A stretch of DNA of 42,720 bases from a virus (lineage: Duplodnaviria; Caudoviricetes), in the IMG/VR virus record IMGVR_UViG_3300048606_000011, positions 1-42,720 of that record. One strand, given 5' to 3'. The translations under genes and the position numbers were made by a program. Below are positions 1-7,136 of the stretch, one piece after another. The notes beneath the pieces are model-generated. The model worked only from the letters and a program-made list of their open reading frames with translations. It was not told where the DNA came from and did no database searches. Each line of letters opens with the position of its first letter. Within the stretch, counting starts at the first letter, position 1.

Positions 1-70
1 ATCTAGGTCACACCCAGGCGGGAGGGTAGCACCCCCTGGGGTCAGAGTCAAGGCCTTGAGCAGAAATTAA

Positions 71-217
71 TTATTGACAGGATTCACATGAATCTTGATC
101 TTCGATCGAACATGCGTCCCCGAGGTCGAAGTCATCACACGTGCACTCGATACCACATGCGTAGTCATACGACTGACACTCACAGTCACCATGTACACAG
201 CAGTGTTCATCACCCAT
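71..217 (-). CDS. 48-aa acidic Cys-rich peptide (10 Cys) with C-terminal ACSIEDQDSCESCQ
   Basis: ATG at 217 within track ORF 71..304; overlaps the stop of the upstream micro-ORF; MGDEHCCVHGDCECQSYDYACGIECTCDDFDLGDACSIEDQDSCESCQ. Confidence 0.6.
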   Translation of the reverse strand: MGDEHCCVHGDCECQSYDYACGIECTCDDFDLGDACSIEDQDSCESCQ

Positions 218-308
218 GCCCACACCTACCATACGTACAGTACGCGCACATGACCTGATCCTTGACCTTGGTAGTACACCCACACGTACACGCACAGGTA
301 GCACTCAT
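210..308 (-). CDS. 32-aa Cys-rich peptide (7 Cys)
   Basis: Hand translation MSATCACTCGCTTKVKDQVMCAYCTYGRCGHG; ATGA overlap with the stop of 305..424; not in the ORF track. Confidence 0.55.
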   Translation of the reverse strand: MSATCACTCGCTTKVKDQVMCAYCTYGRCGHG

Positions 309-424
309 CCCTTGGCCTTAGGCTTGGGCCCAGGCTTCTTACCACGGCCTGCCTTTCGCATGTCCTTGGACGTGCCTGTGCTGGGCGTGTTCTTGCTTGG
401 AGCCTTGCCCCTGCCATCTGCCAT
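305..424 (-). CDS. 39-aa basic Lys/Gly/Pro-rich peptide
   Basis: GGAG RBS upstream of ATG 424; MADGRGKAPSKNTPSTGTSKDMRKAGRGKKPGPKPKAKG. Confidence 0.55.
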   Translation of the reverse strand: MADGRGKAPSKNTPSTGTSKDMRKAGRGKKPGPKPKAKG

Positions 425-479
425 GGTCACACTCCGTCTAATAGTAACAAATAGTAAGACCCCGAACCTGCTCCTGACA

Positions 480-1020
480 AGGCCAGGACTTAGCTCGGGA
501 AACCAGGGACTCGGTCTCATCGCCGAACCGCGACAGGATGGGGGTGTGAACCCCGATGAGACCGAGCCCAGTCCTTGATCGAGTACTAGCACTTGGCCAT
601 GAACCCGAGTACGACTAGACCAAGGAAGCGATGAGGACCAAGGGGAGCCAGGACCGAACACACGGAGAGGAGGACGTATGTACAAGATCAAGGCTCAACC
701 CTTGGTCGAAGCTAGGTTCCTGAAAGGTCGCACGCCGAAGGCGTAAGACCGTAACAAGTTCAAGACCGAAGTCTAACGCCTACCCGCGCTGCGTCTCAAT
801 CTGGATCCCCGGAACCAACGTTCGCGCTTGGTTCGCTGTATTTCAGGTCCAGCCTATGTACAGGATCAAGTTCTTGATCAAGTCCAAGCACTAGACCACG
901 TCCTCAGCTCCTTTGCTCCGCAGGAGCTGAACGAGGCCGTGTTCTAAGCCTTAGTCTTATCTAAGTTCTTATCCCTATATATACTAGGTGGAGATGCGAA
1001 CATTTTCGTGTTTTCGCAGG
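480..1020. other. hairpin-rich non-coding region (candidate replication origin/packaging region or structured ncRNA)
   Basis: 13-bp inverted repeat 510-522/554-566; further hairpins at ~726-750, 763-774, 812-834, 864-879, 897-941, 996-1017; AT-rich tract ~943-987; no convincing long ORF. Confidence 0.5.
677..870 (+). repeat. 16-bp imperfect direct repeat TATGTACA(A/G)GATCAAG
   Basis: Copies at 677-692 and 855-870, 15/16 identical. Confidence 0.7.
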
Positions 1021-1031
1021 CCCAGGGGCCT

Positions 1032-1538
1032 TCAGGACGAGGCATCCTTGATCTTGGCCGAGGCCCGTTTCCAGGCCATCCGGGCCCCATCACGGGTCGA
1101 GTCAATGGCCTGAGCTAGTCGCTCTGTGTAGGGGGTGTTGTACTCATTGTCTACGATCGGGTTTCCTTCCATAACCCAGGCCACGACTGCGAGTTCCTTC
1201 TTGGTAAGGCTAGCCTTACGCCCGATTCGTGCCAAGTCTTGATCAAAGTCGACCGGGAGTGTGTCGTACCACTCATCAGTTCGATCGACCGTGTCCCACC
1301 CCGTGTACCCCTCCCCGTCATCAGTCTCGTACTCTAGATCGAGTGAGGCCGCGCGTAGGACTTGCCGAAAGATGTTGCCCTGGGAGTCCGGGTGGGTCAG
1401 AGTCTCGCCGGTACGCTCAGGTTCGACCGTGTACTCATCGTACTCAACTGTGTACCCTGCGAGGCTGTACCAGCCGTGAATCCCGGCCTCTTTCATGATC
1501 GAATCACGGTGGACCTTGTTGATCGGGATGATGCTCAT
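1032..1538 (-). CDS. putative transcription regulator with C-terminal sigma70 region 4/LuxR-like HTH
   Basis: C-terminal LTKKELAVV...LAQAIDSTRDGARMAWKRASAKIK pattern; GAGAGG RBS. Confidence 0.6.
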   Translation of the reverse strand: MSIIPINKVHRDSIMKEAGIHGWYSLAGYTVEYDEYTVEPERTGETLTHPDSQGNIFRQVLRAASLDLEYETDDGEGYTGWDTVDRTDEWYDTLPVDFDQDLARIGRKASLTKKELAVVAWVMEGNPIVDNEYNTPYTERLAQAIDSTRDGARMAWKRASAKIKDASS

Positions 1539-1570
1539 GCGCGTCCTCTCGGGTCATGGTGCTTGTCTTG

Positions 1571-1611
1571 ATCATAGCATGGGGGTCAAGGGTTGACACA
1601 CCGCGTACGAT
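1571..1611. promoter_or_regulatory. divergent control region with GTCAA-GGG-TTGAC palindrome and two -10 boxes
   Basis: + strand TTGACA(1593-1598)-7 nt-TACGAT(1606-1611)-6 nt-ATG 1618; - strand TTGACC(1589-1584)-7 nt-TATGAT(1576-1571). Confidence 0.55.
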
Positions 1612-1617
1612 GAGGAC

Positions 1618-2217
1618 ATGACAGAGATCCAGTTACTGACCGAGGCCGAGGCCCGGTCCCTCACGGCAGAGCTCCGTACAGCTGCCACCACGTTCTTCAC
1701 CCTGCTCGAACAGGCCTTCCAGCGAGGCGCACACACGGCCCTGGGCTACCGCACGTTCAGGGCTTACCTGAACGGAGAGTTCCCGGGCTTCGTCCCGCCC
1801 AAGCTCGACCGAGCCTCACGCAACGCCGTGATCAAGGGCCTGCTCGACGCCGGGATGAGTACCCGGGACGCGGGCCAGGCCACGGCCTCATCTGCCGGAA
1901 CCGTGAATGAGGCAAGTGCTCGTTTTCGAGCACCCAAGACACAGAGTGAGCCCCCGGTTACGCCCGAGAGTGAGGCCGAGGAGCGCGGAGCGGTCCCGGC
2001 GGAAGAAACCCGCGTTACACCCATGGCCCAGCGTCTGGCCGAACGCCTTCAGACCGAGGCCGCTGAGCACTGTCTCAGCCTCGAACAGGACACGGCAGAC
2101 GCGGTCTGGCGTGTGGTTGACAACCTGGCCAAACTCGCATACGATTCCGCTGTACCTCGGGCCGAAGCATTTCAGGCCCTGGACGCGTTCACTCTCATCC
2201 TCCGTCATATCAAATAA
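1618..2217 (+). CDS. HTH DNA-binding protein
   Basis: AHTALGYRTFRAYL N-terminal motif and GMSTRDAGQATASSAGTV HTH-like segment, a pattern common in actinophage DNA-binding proteins. Confidence 0.6.
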   Translation: MTEIQLLTEAEARSLTAELRTAATTFFTLLEQAFQRGAHTALGYRTFRAYLNGEFPGFVPPKLDRASRNAVIKGLLDAGMSTRDAGQATASSAGTVNEASARFRAPKTQSEPPVTPESEAEERGAVPAEETRVTPMAQRLAERLQTEAAEHCLSLEQDTADAVWRVVDNLAKLAYDSAVPRAEAFQALDAFTLILRHIK

Positions 2218-2229
2218 GGGGTTCATCGA

Positions 2230-2619
2230 ATGACTTCGTTCAAGGAAAACGGGCAGTGGAACGAGCAGGCTCGAACCCGCTTCCTGCGAGAAGCTCTCCG
2301 GCTCACGATCAAAGACCAGGCCCGTCTCTACGGCCTGAGCGAGGCCACGGTCACTACCTACCGCGCCCAGTTCCGGCGCAAGGCCGGAGTCCCGTCTCTG
2401 GCCCCTAAGTCCAATTTCAGCCACCGGGGGAACGAGCCCGAGACTGTATACCGAGTCCGAGTCTCCCCGGAGCCTGAGCCCCCGGCAGGCCTCGCCATTC
2501 GGGACCTTGTGCAGCGCCTGACGCGGGCGGAGACGGAGCGGGACGTGGCCAAGACCCGGGCCGAGGCCGCAGAGCGGAAGCTTGCCACGATCCGGGCTGC
2601 AGTCGAGCGTGAGGTCTGA
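2230..2619 (+). CDS. HTH DNA-binding protein with C-terminal coiled coil
   Basis: LTIKDQARLYGLSEATVTTYR HTH-like segment. Confidence 0.55.
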   Translation: MTSFKENGQWNEQARTRFLREALRLTIKDQARLYGLSEATVTTYRAQFRRKAGVPSLAPKSNFSHRGNEPETVYRVRVSPEPEPPAGLAIRDLVQRLTRAETERDVAKTRAEAAERKLATIRAAVEREV

Positions 2620-2631
2620 TGGACCCCTGGC

Positions 2632-2660
2632 TTGACAGACTCAAATTAAGCCCGTACAGT
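2632..2660 (+). promoter_or_regulatory. sigma70/HrdB-type promoter
   Basis: TTGACA-17 nt-TACAGT. Confidence 0.75.
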
Positions 2661-2702
2661 TCATCTTAGACCAGCAAGACACACCACAACGAGGGAGAAG
2701 CC

Positions 2703-3095
2703 ATGAATCAGTTCAACGAAGACGACATCGTCCACATCGGCAAGGGTAAGGTCGAGTACCGAGTTGGGCTTGCCACCGATGCTGTGAACGGGTTCCCCTA
2801 CATCGTGTCGGGCAACACGGGCAAGGGCAAGTTCGAGGACCCCGCGAAGTTGGTCCTGATCAATGCCGGGGCCGTGACCCTGGCCGAAGAGACCGAGAAG
2901 GAGGCCGACGCACAGGCTCAGGCTGCACGTGAGGCCCTGGAAGCCGCGAAGCGGGCGCACCAGACCTCCTCGTACGGACGCTCGATCCTGGCCGCTCTCC
3001 AACTCAAGGCTCACGTCTTCGCCGGGGCCGTGTTCCCGACCAAGCGCCGGGCCAAGAACCGGGTCGCCAAGGCTTCGCGCAAGGCCAATCGATGA
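2703..3095 (+). CDS. hypothetical protein
   Basis: GAGGGAG RBS; ATGA overlap with the next gene. Confidence 0.75.
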   Translation: MNQFNEDDIVHIGKGKVEYRVGLATDAVNGFPYIVSGNTGKGKFEDPAKLVLINAGAVTLAEETEKEADAQAQAAREALEAAKRAHQTSSYGRSILAALQLKAHVFAGAVFPTKRRAKNRVAKASRKANR

Positions 3096-3805
3096 CCCGT
3101 GTTTCCGTGGTCGTCCCCTTCGGTGCCGACGTGAACACGATCGAAGGCCAGCATCGGGCCCGGCTCTGGAACTTCATCCGGCCCCTGTGGCAAGACCTGA
3201 TCCAGCGAGGCGTGGTACACGAACTCATCGTCGAGGACGATCCTCTGCGAGGCTCAGGCGCGGCCTGGTCTACGGCCCGGGCCTTGCGCCAGGCGGTGCC
3301 GAAGGCAACCGGCGAGATCGTAACCCACTTCGGGGCGGACCATCTCCCCGACGAAGACGTGCTTTTAGCCGTGAAATCAATTCTAAGCCCCGAAGGGGCG
3401 TCTTGGGTGTCCTTATACCAGGACGTGGCCTACGCCAGCGAGAGGACGACTGGTCTACTCTTAAACGGGGTCCTGGGCACGGCCGACCTAGTCTACGATT
3501 CCTGGGCAGGGTGCTGTGTCGGGATGTGGGCTTGGAAGGCTGAAGTCTGGGCCGAGACCGGTGGCGTAGACCCCCGATTCGTGGGCTGGGGCTTCGGTGA
3601 CACGGCCTGGAACAGGGTCTTGGAAGCTACGTACGGTCCCAGCCCGACTCCTCCGGGTAAGGTCTTGCGTGAGCTCTGGCATCCGGCTACGTACCGGGGC
3701 ACGAGTGGCGCGAATCCGAACCATGATCTATACTACTCGGAGTATGACCCGATCACGGGGAACAAGGACGCGCTTCTGCGCATGAAAGAGAAATGGGGCG
3801 GATAG
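3092..3805 (+). CDS. glycosyltransferase (GT-A fold, GT2/GT7-like)
   Basis: N-terminal VSVVVPF, GADHL at the DxD position, GGVDPRFVGWGFGD motif, ELWHP. Confidence 0.8.
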   Translation: MTRVSVVVPFGADVNTIEGQHRARLWNFIRPLWQDLIQRGVVHELIVEDDPLRGSGAAWSTARALRQAVPKATGEIVTHFGADHLPDEDVLLAVKSILSPEGASWVSLYQDVAYASERTTGLLLNGVLGTADLVYDSWAGCCVGMWAWKAEVWAETGGVDPRFVGWGFGDTAWNRVLEATYGPSPTPPGKVLRELWHPATYRGTSGANPNHDLYYSEYDPITGNKDALLRMKEKWGG

Positions 3806-4299
3806 TGACCAAGCTGAAAGACCGGTGCAAGAACGGGCACGAGTACACGCCCGAGAACACGGCCTACTGGGGCATGGACAAGGCCAGGCGGTGCCGGAAG
3901 TGTAAAAAGGCCCGGGACAAGGCCCGGCGTCCGCCCAAGGTCCGGGTTCCTCGCACCCTGGCTGTTCGTAAGACCGGGATCAAGGTTCCGCACACCCACA
4001 CCCCCGCCTGTGAGTGGACCACGCTCCAATCCGGTACTCGTATGTGTGTCACGGCCCGTCGCTGGCGTGACGCCGTGGCCCGGGGCAAGGTAAGCGTGGA
4101 CCAGATTGTAGATGGCCTTGAGGCCCAGTACGGCCCGGTTCCACCCCCGGCCCCGATCCATTCCTGGCATGACTGGGTAGTGGTTCATCGCGTCTTGTCC
4201 GGCCAGAAGCCGGGCCGGGGCGTGACCAAGGCTGAGCAAGCCGAGATCGATCTTAAGCTCAAGGAACGGGAGTCCGATGACGGAGCCAACGCGGCTTGA
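3793..4299 (+). CDS. zinc-binding hypothetical protein
   Basis: CKNGHEYTPEN...RRCRKC resembles the Zn module on HNH C-termini; start may be GTG 3805. Confidence 0.65.
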   Translation: MGRIVTKLKDRCKNGHEYTPENTAYWGMDKARRCRKCKKARDKARRPPKVRVPRTLAVRKTGIKVPHTHTPACEWTTLQSGTRMCVTARRWRDAVARGKVSVDQIVDGLEAQYGPVPPPAPIHSWHDWVVVHRVLSGQKPGRGVTKAEQAEIDLKLKERESDDGANAA

Positions 4300-5113
4300 G
4301 ATCGTGAAGGACCAGCCAAGATCCTGGTCGCAACTGTCCGAGTACAATGACTGTGGCTGGGCCTATAAGCTTCATCGCATCGATCAGGTCTGGTCTAAGC
4401 CTGCGTTTTGGTTTCCTTCCGGCACTGCTGTACACGAGGCTGCGGAGCTCTGGGAGCGCGGAGCGCGGACAGACAGCGTGGACACGACCAAGAACTGGTT
4501 CCGAGAAGCCTACGTACGGGAGTGTAACGAGTACCTGGACAAGACCCCGGACCCGAACGATTTCGAGTCCTCAGGCCCGTACAAGGGGGCGGACGACGCT
4601 ACGCGTCGTTTCCGCGTAGGCCAGGAACACGTTGAGAGGTATGTCGAGTACTATCGCGCGAACCCAGACCAGGTGATCTGGATTACACCTGAGGGTGAGC
4701 CTGCGATCGAGCTGAACTTCGAGGTGGACCTGGACGGAGTCGTGATCCGGGGCATGGTCGACGCCATTATCAGCCACCCCAAGCACGGACTCGTGATCCG
4801 AGACACGAAGACCGGGGCCAAGGAAGGTACGGGCGAGCAACTGGCCGTGTATCGGGCTGCGACCCTGGTCAAGACCGGGGTCGAGGTGAACTCCGGGGAT
4901 TACTTTATGACCAAAACAGGAAAGCCGAAGCCCTTCTACAAGCCTCATGACCTGACCACAGTCTCATTGGACCAGGTCACGGCTCGGTTCCATGCCATGG
5001 ACGAAGGGGTTAAAAAAGAAGAGTTCATTCCTAACCCGGGGCTACAGTGTGGTCGGTGTGGCGTTCGGAACTCGTGTGAATTCGCGGTTGACACAGGCTC
5101 TAGTTTCGGCTAG
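4277..5113 (+). CDS. Cas4/RecB-like PD-(D/E)XK exonuclease
   Basis: SWSQLSEYNDC, GTAVHEAAE, GMVD...DTKTG, QLAVY and C-terminal CGRCGVRNSC Fe-S cysteines. Confidence 0.85.
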   Translation: MTEPTRLEIVKDQPRSWSQLSEYNDCGWAYKLHRIDQVWSKPAFWFPSGTAVHEAAELWERGARTDSVDTTKNWFREAYVRECNEYLDKTPDPNDFESSGPYKGADDATRRFRVGQEHVERYVEYYRANPDQVIWITPEGEPAIELNFEVDLDGVVIRGMVDAIISHPKHGLVIRDTKTGAKEGTGEQLAVYRAATLVKTGVEVNSGDYFMTKTGKPKPFYKPHDLTTVSLDQVTARFHAMDEGVKKEEFIPNPGLQCGRCGVRNSCEFAVDTGSSFG

Positions 5114-5116
5114 AGT
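5088..5116 (+). promoter_or_regulatory. sigma70/HrdB-type promoter
   Basis: TTGACA-17 nt-TAGAGT. Confidence 0.7.
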
Positions 5117-5146
5117 CAAACCCAGTACCAGCAACTAGGAGGACCT

Positions 5147-5500
5147 GTGAACAAGGAACTGGAAGACGCCTGGGTTGAGGCCCTGCGCTCGGGCGAGTAC
5201 GAGCAAGGCACGGGCTGTCTCAAGAGTACCGAGGGCCAGTACTGCTGCCTCGGGGTTCTGGGTGAAGTCCTGGCCAAGACGGGGGAAGCTCGGTTCATCT
5301 CCCGGGACATCTGTTCCCTGCTTGAGGGTCCGGTAGAGAACGGGGCCGTAGCGGGAGCCCGATCCGCGATCAAGCTCCCGGCCGAACTTCGGGACAAGAT
5401 CGGGCTCACGATATACGCTCAGGAAGAGCTCATCCGCATGAACGACAACGAGCACAAGAACTTCGTCGAGATCGCGAACTGGATCGAGGCTTACGTCTGA
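5147..5500 (+). CDS. hypothetical protein, CCLGV family paralog 1
   Basis: GGAGG RBS; WVEALRSGEYEQG...YCCLGVL...MND...FVEIANWIE. Confidence 0.8.
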   Translation: MNKELEDAWVEALRSGEYEQGTGCLKSTEGQYCCLGVLGEVLAKTGEARFISRDICSLLEGPVENGAVAGARSAIKLPAELRDKIGLTIYAQEELIRMNDNEHKNFVEIANWIEAYV

Positions 5501-5895
5501 TGGACATGGACAAGGAACTGAAGCAGGAGTGGATCAAGCGCCTAGAGTCAGGTGTGTACGAGCAGGCTCAGGAGACCCTCCGGGCGTACGACCTGGACGA
5601 AGAAGGCAATGAGACGGGTGTGGCCTCGTACTGCTGCTTGGGCGTGCTCTGCGACGTGCTCAAGGACCAGGGGCTGGGGGACTGGGACCGCAGCCGATTC
5701 GGCATCGATCCCGGCGTGTTCCGCGTAGAGGACGAGGACCTCTCGTACGACTACGTCCTAGACGGGGAGTTGAACTACTCGGTTCGGAACTACATCGGCA
5801 TGAGCGCAGAGCAGGAGCAGACACTTATCACGATGAACGACACGGAAAGTCTGGGCTTCGACGAGATCGCGGAATTCATCCGGACCGAGCTGTAG
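5500..5895 (+). CDS. hypothetical protein, CCLGV family paralog 2
   Basis: WIKRLESGVYEQ...YCCLGVLC...MND...FDEIAEFIR. Confidence 0.8.
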   Translation: MDMDKELKQEWIKRLESGVYEQAQETLRAYDLDEEGNETGVASYCCLGVLCDVLKDQGLGDWDRSRFGIDPGVFRVEDEDLSYDYVLDGELNYSVRNYIGMSAEQEQTLITMNDTESLGFDEIAEFIRTEL

Positions 5896-5921
5896 ACACG
5901 GGCCCCGAGACCTGATACGCT
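5893..5921 (+). promoter_or_regulatory. sigma70/HrdB-type promoter
   Basis: TAGACA-17 nt-TACGCT. Confidence 0.55.
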
Positions 5922-5953
5922 TCTCGTACAACCCCCGAGAGAGGATCAAGAAA

Positions 5954-6499
5954 ATGCCCGTGAACACAGCCAAGCTCCTCGCCGAACTCCGGCACCTGAC
6001 CATCCACCCCGAGAAGTGGGATCAAGGCCTGTGGGTCAAGGTGGTCCAAAAAGAGCGCCCGTCCCGCGCATCCGCCTGCGGCTCCTTCGGGTGCCTGGCC
6101 GGGAACACGGTCTTGCACGAAGGCTTCGAGCTCGACTGGTACGGGGAAGTGAGCCGGGTCTACGAGCGGGACGCCGAGGGTGCGATTGTGTACGAAAAGG
6201 GCCAGGCAGTCTCGGTCCTAGACGAGGACGGGGTCCCGAAGGTCTATACGGAGTGGCTTGCGGACGTCGTCATCGTAAGCATCGAAAAGACCGAGCCGAT
6301 CGAGGACGTGGCGGCCAAGGAACTGGGCCTGAACTCATACCAGGCCGATCTCCTGTTCAGCGGGGACCGGACCGAGGCCGAGTTGTGGGAACTGGCCCAG
6401 AATATCACCCTGGGCGAGATCGACGACTGGGACTACCAGGAAGCCAGGGAAGATCGAGACGAACTGGCTCGGGAAAATGCTCAGGCCGAAAGCTCCTGA
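5954..6499 (+). CDS. hypothetical protein with WDQ...CGSFGCLAG motif
   Basis: GAGAGG RBS; HPEKWDQ..W, CGxxxCLAG, LGL...ADLLF. Confidence 0.75.
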   Translation: MPVNTAKLLAELRHLTIHPEKWDQGLWVKVVQKERPSRASACGSFGCLAGNTVLHEGFELDWYGEVSRVYERDAEGAIVYEKGQAVSVLDEDGVPKVYTEWLADVVIVSIEKTEPIEDVAAKELGLNSYQADLLFSGDRTEAELWELAQNITLGEIDDWDYQEAREDRDELARENAQAESS

Positions 6500-6698
6500 A
6501 GATCTGAACGACGGGGACGTGCTCTACCACGGTTACGGGTGGGGCACGTTCCTGCGTCTGGTAGACAGGGGCCAGGACTACGTAATACACTACCGGTCAC
6601 GTGATGACAAGGCTAAGCGCCGGTCCGTTCGTTGGGAACGAAACCGAAACGTCTGGATTCTAGAGAGGAACGAAGATGGACACGAAAATCAAGGCTGA
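6477..6698 (+). CDS. hypothetical protein
   Basis: Fills the gap and overlaps both neighbours. Confidence 0.6.
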   Translation: MLRPKAPEDLNDGDVLYHGYGWGTFLRLVDRGQDYVIHYRSRDDKAKRRSVRWERNRNVWILERNEDGHENQG

Positions 6699-7125
6699 GT
6701 GGGTCGCGGCCCTCCGGTCCGGCGAGTACCGGAAGGGTGTGGGACGATTGGCCCGGATCGATCTCGACGACGGGGTGACCTCGTACTGCTGCCTCGGGGT
6801 CTTGTGCGAGATCTCGCCCGCGGTGGAGCAGGTCATGCCCGAATTCAGCGACGGTACCCGACCCCGTTACCAGTCCCTAGTAGACCCAGAGGACTCGGAC
6901 TCGGCTCTGCTCCCATCTGCGGTGCTGGCCTGGTCCGGACTCGAATCCTGGACCGGGGGGATTCTGGGCTTGGAAAAGAATAACCCGGAGTTCTTCATCG
7001 GCTCGGTTCCGGACGAGAACGGGAACCCAAGTGAGGAAAGTCTGGGGTATTTCAGCCTCGCCGGGCTGAACGATGACGGGTTCACGTTCGACCAGATCGC
7101 GGACGTGATCGAGTACTTCCTCTGA
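6676..7125 (+). CDS. hypothetical protein, CCLGV family paralog 3
   Basis: WVAALRSGEYRKG...YCCLGVLC...LND...FDQIADVIE. Confidence 0.8.
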   Translation: MDTKIKAEWVAALRSGEYRKGVGRLARIDLDDGVTSYCCLGVLCEISPAVEQVMPEFSDGTRPRYQSLVDPEDSDSALLPSAVLAWSGLESWTGGILGLEKNNPEFFIGSVPDENGNPSEESLGYFSLAGLNDDGFTFDQIADVIEYFL

Positions 7126-7136
7126 GTAGGAGATTC

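Noticed and set aside
1-70. cos site or terminal repeat at the window ends
   Set aside because: No terminal repeat between the two ends was seen. Cohesive ends are plausible given HNH-terS adjacency but cannot be located without read data.
216-691. Track ORFs 216..578 (+) and the N-terminal part of 305..691 (-)
   Set aside because: They overlap better-supported micro-ORFs and the hairpin region, with no RBS or protein-like features.
4277-5113. Cas4-like gene as evidence of a CRISPR system
   Set aside because: No repeat-spacer array or other cas genes seen; solo Cas4-like exonucleases are routine in actinophages.
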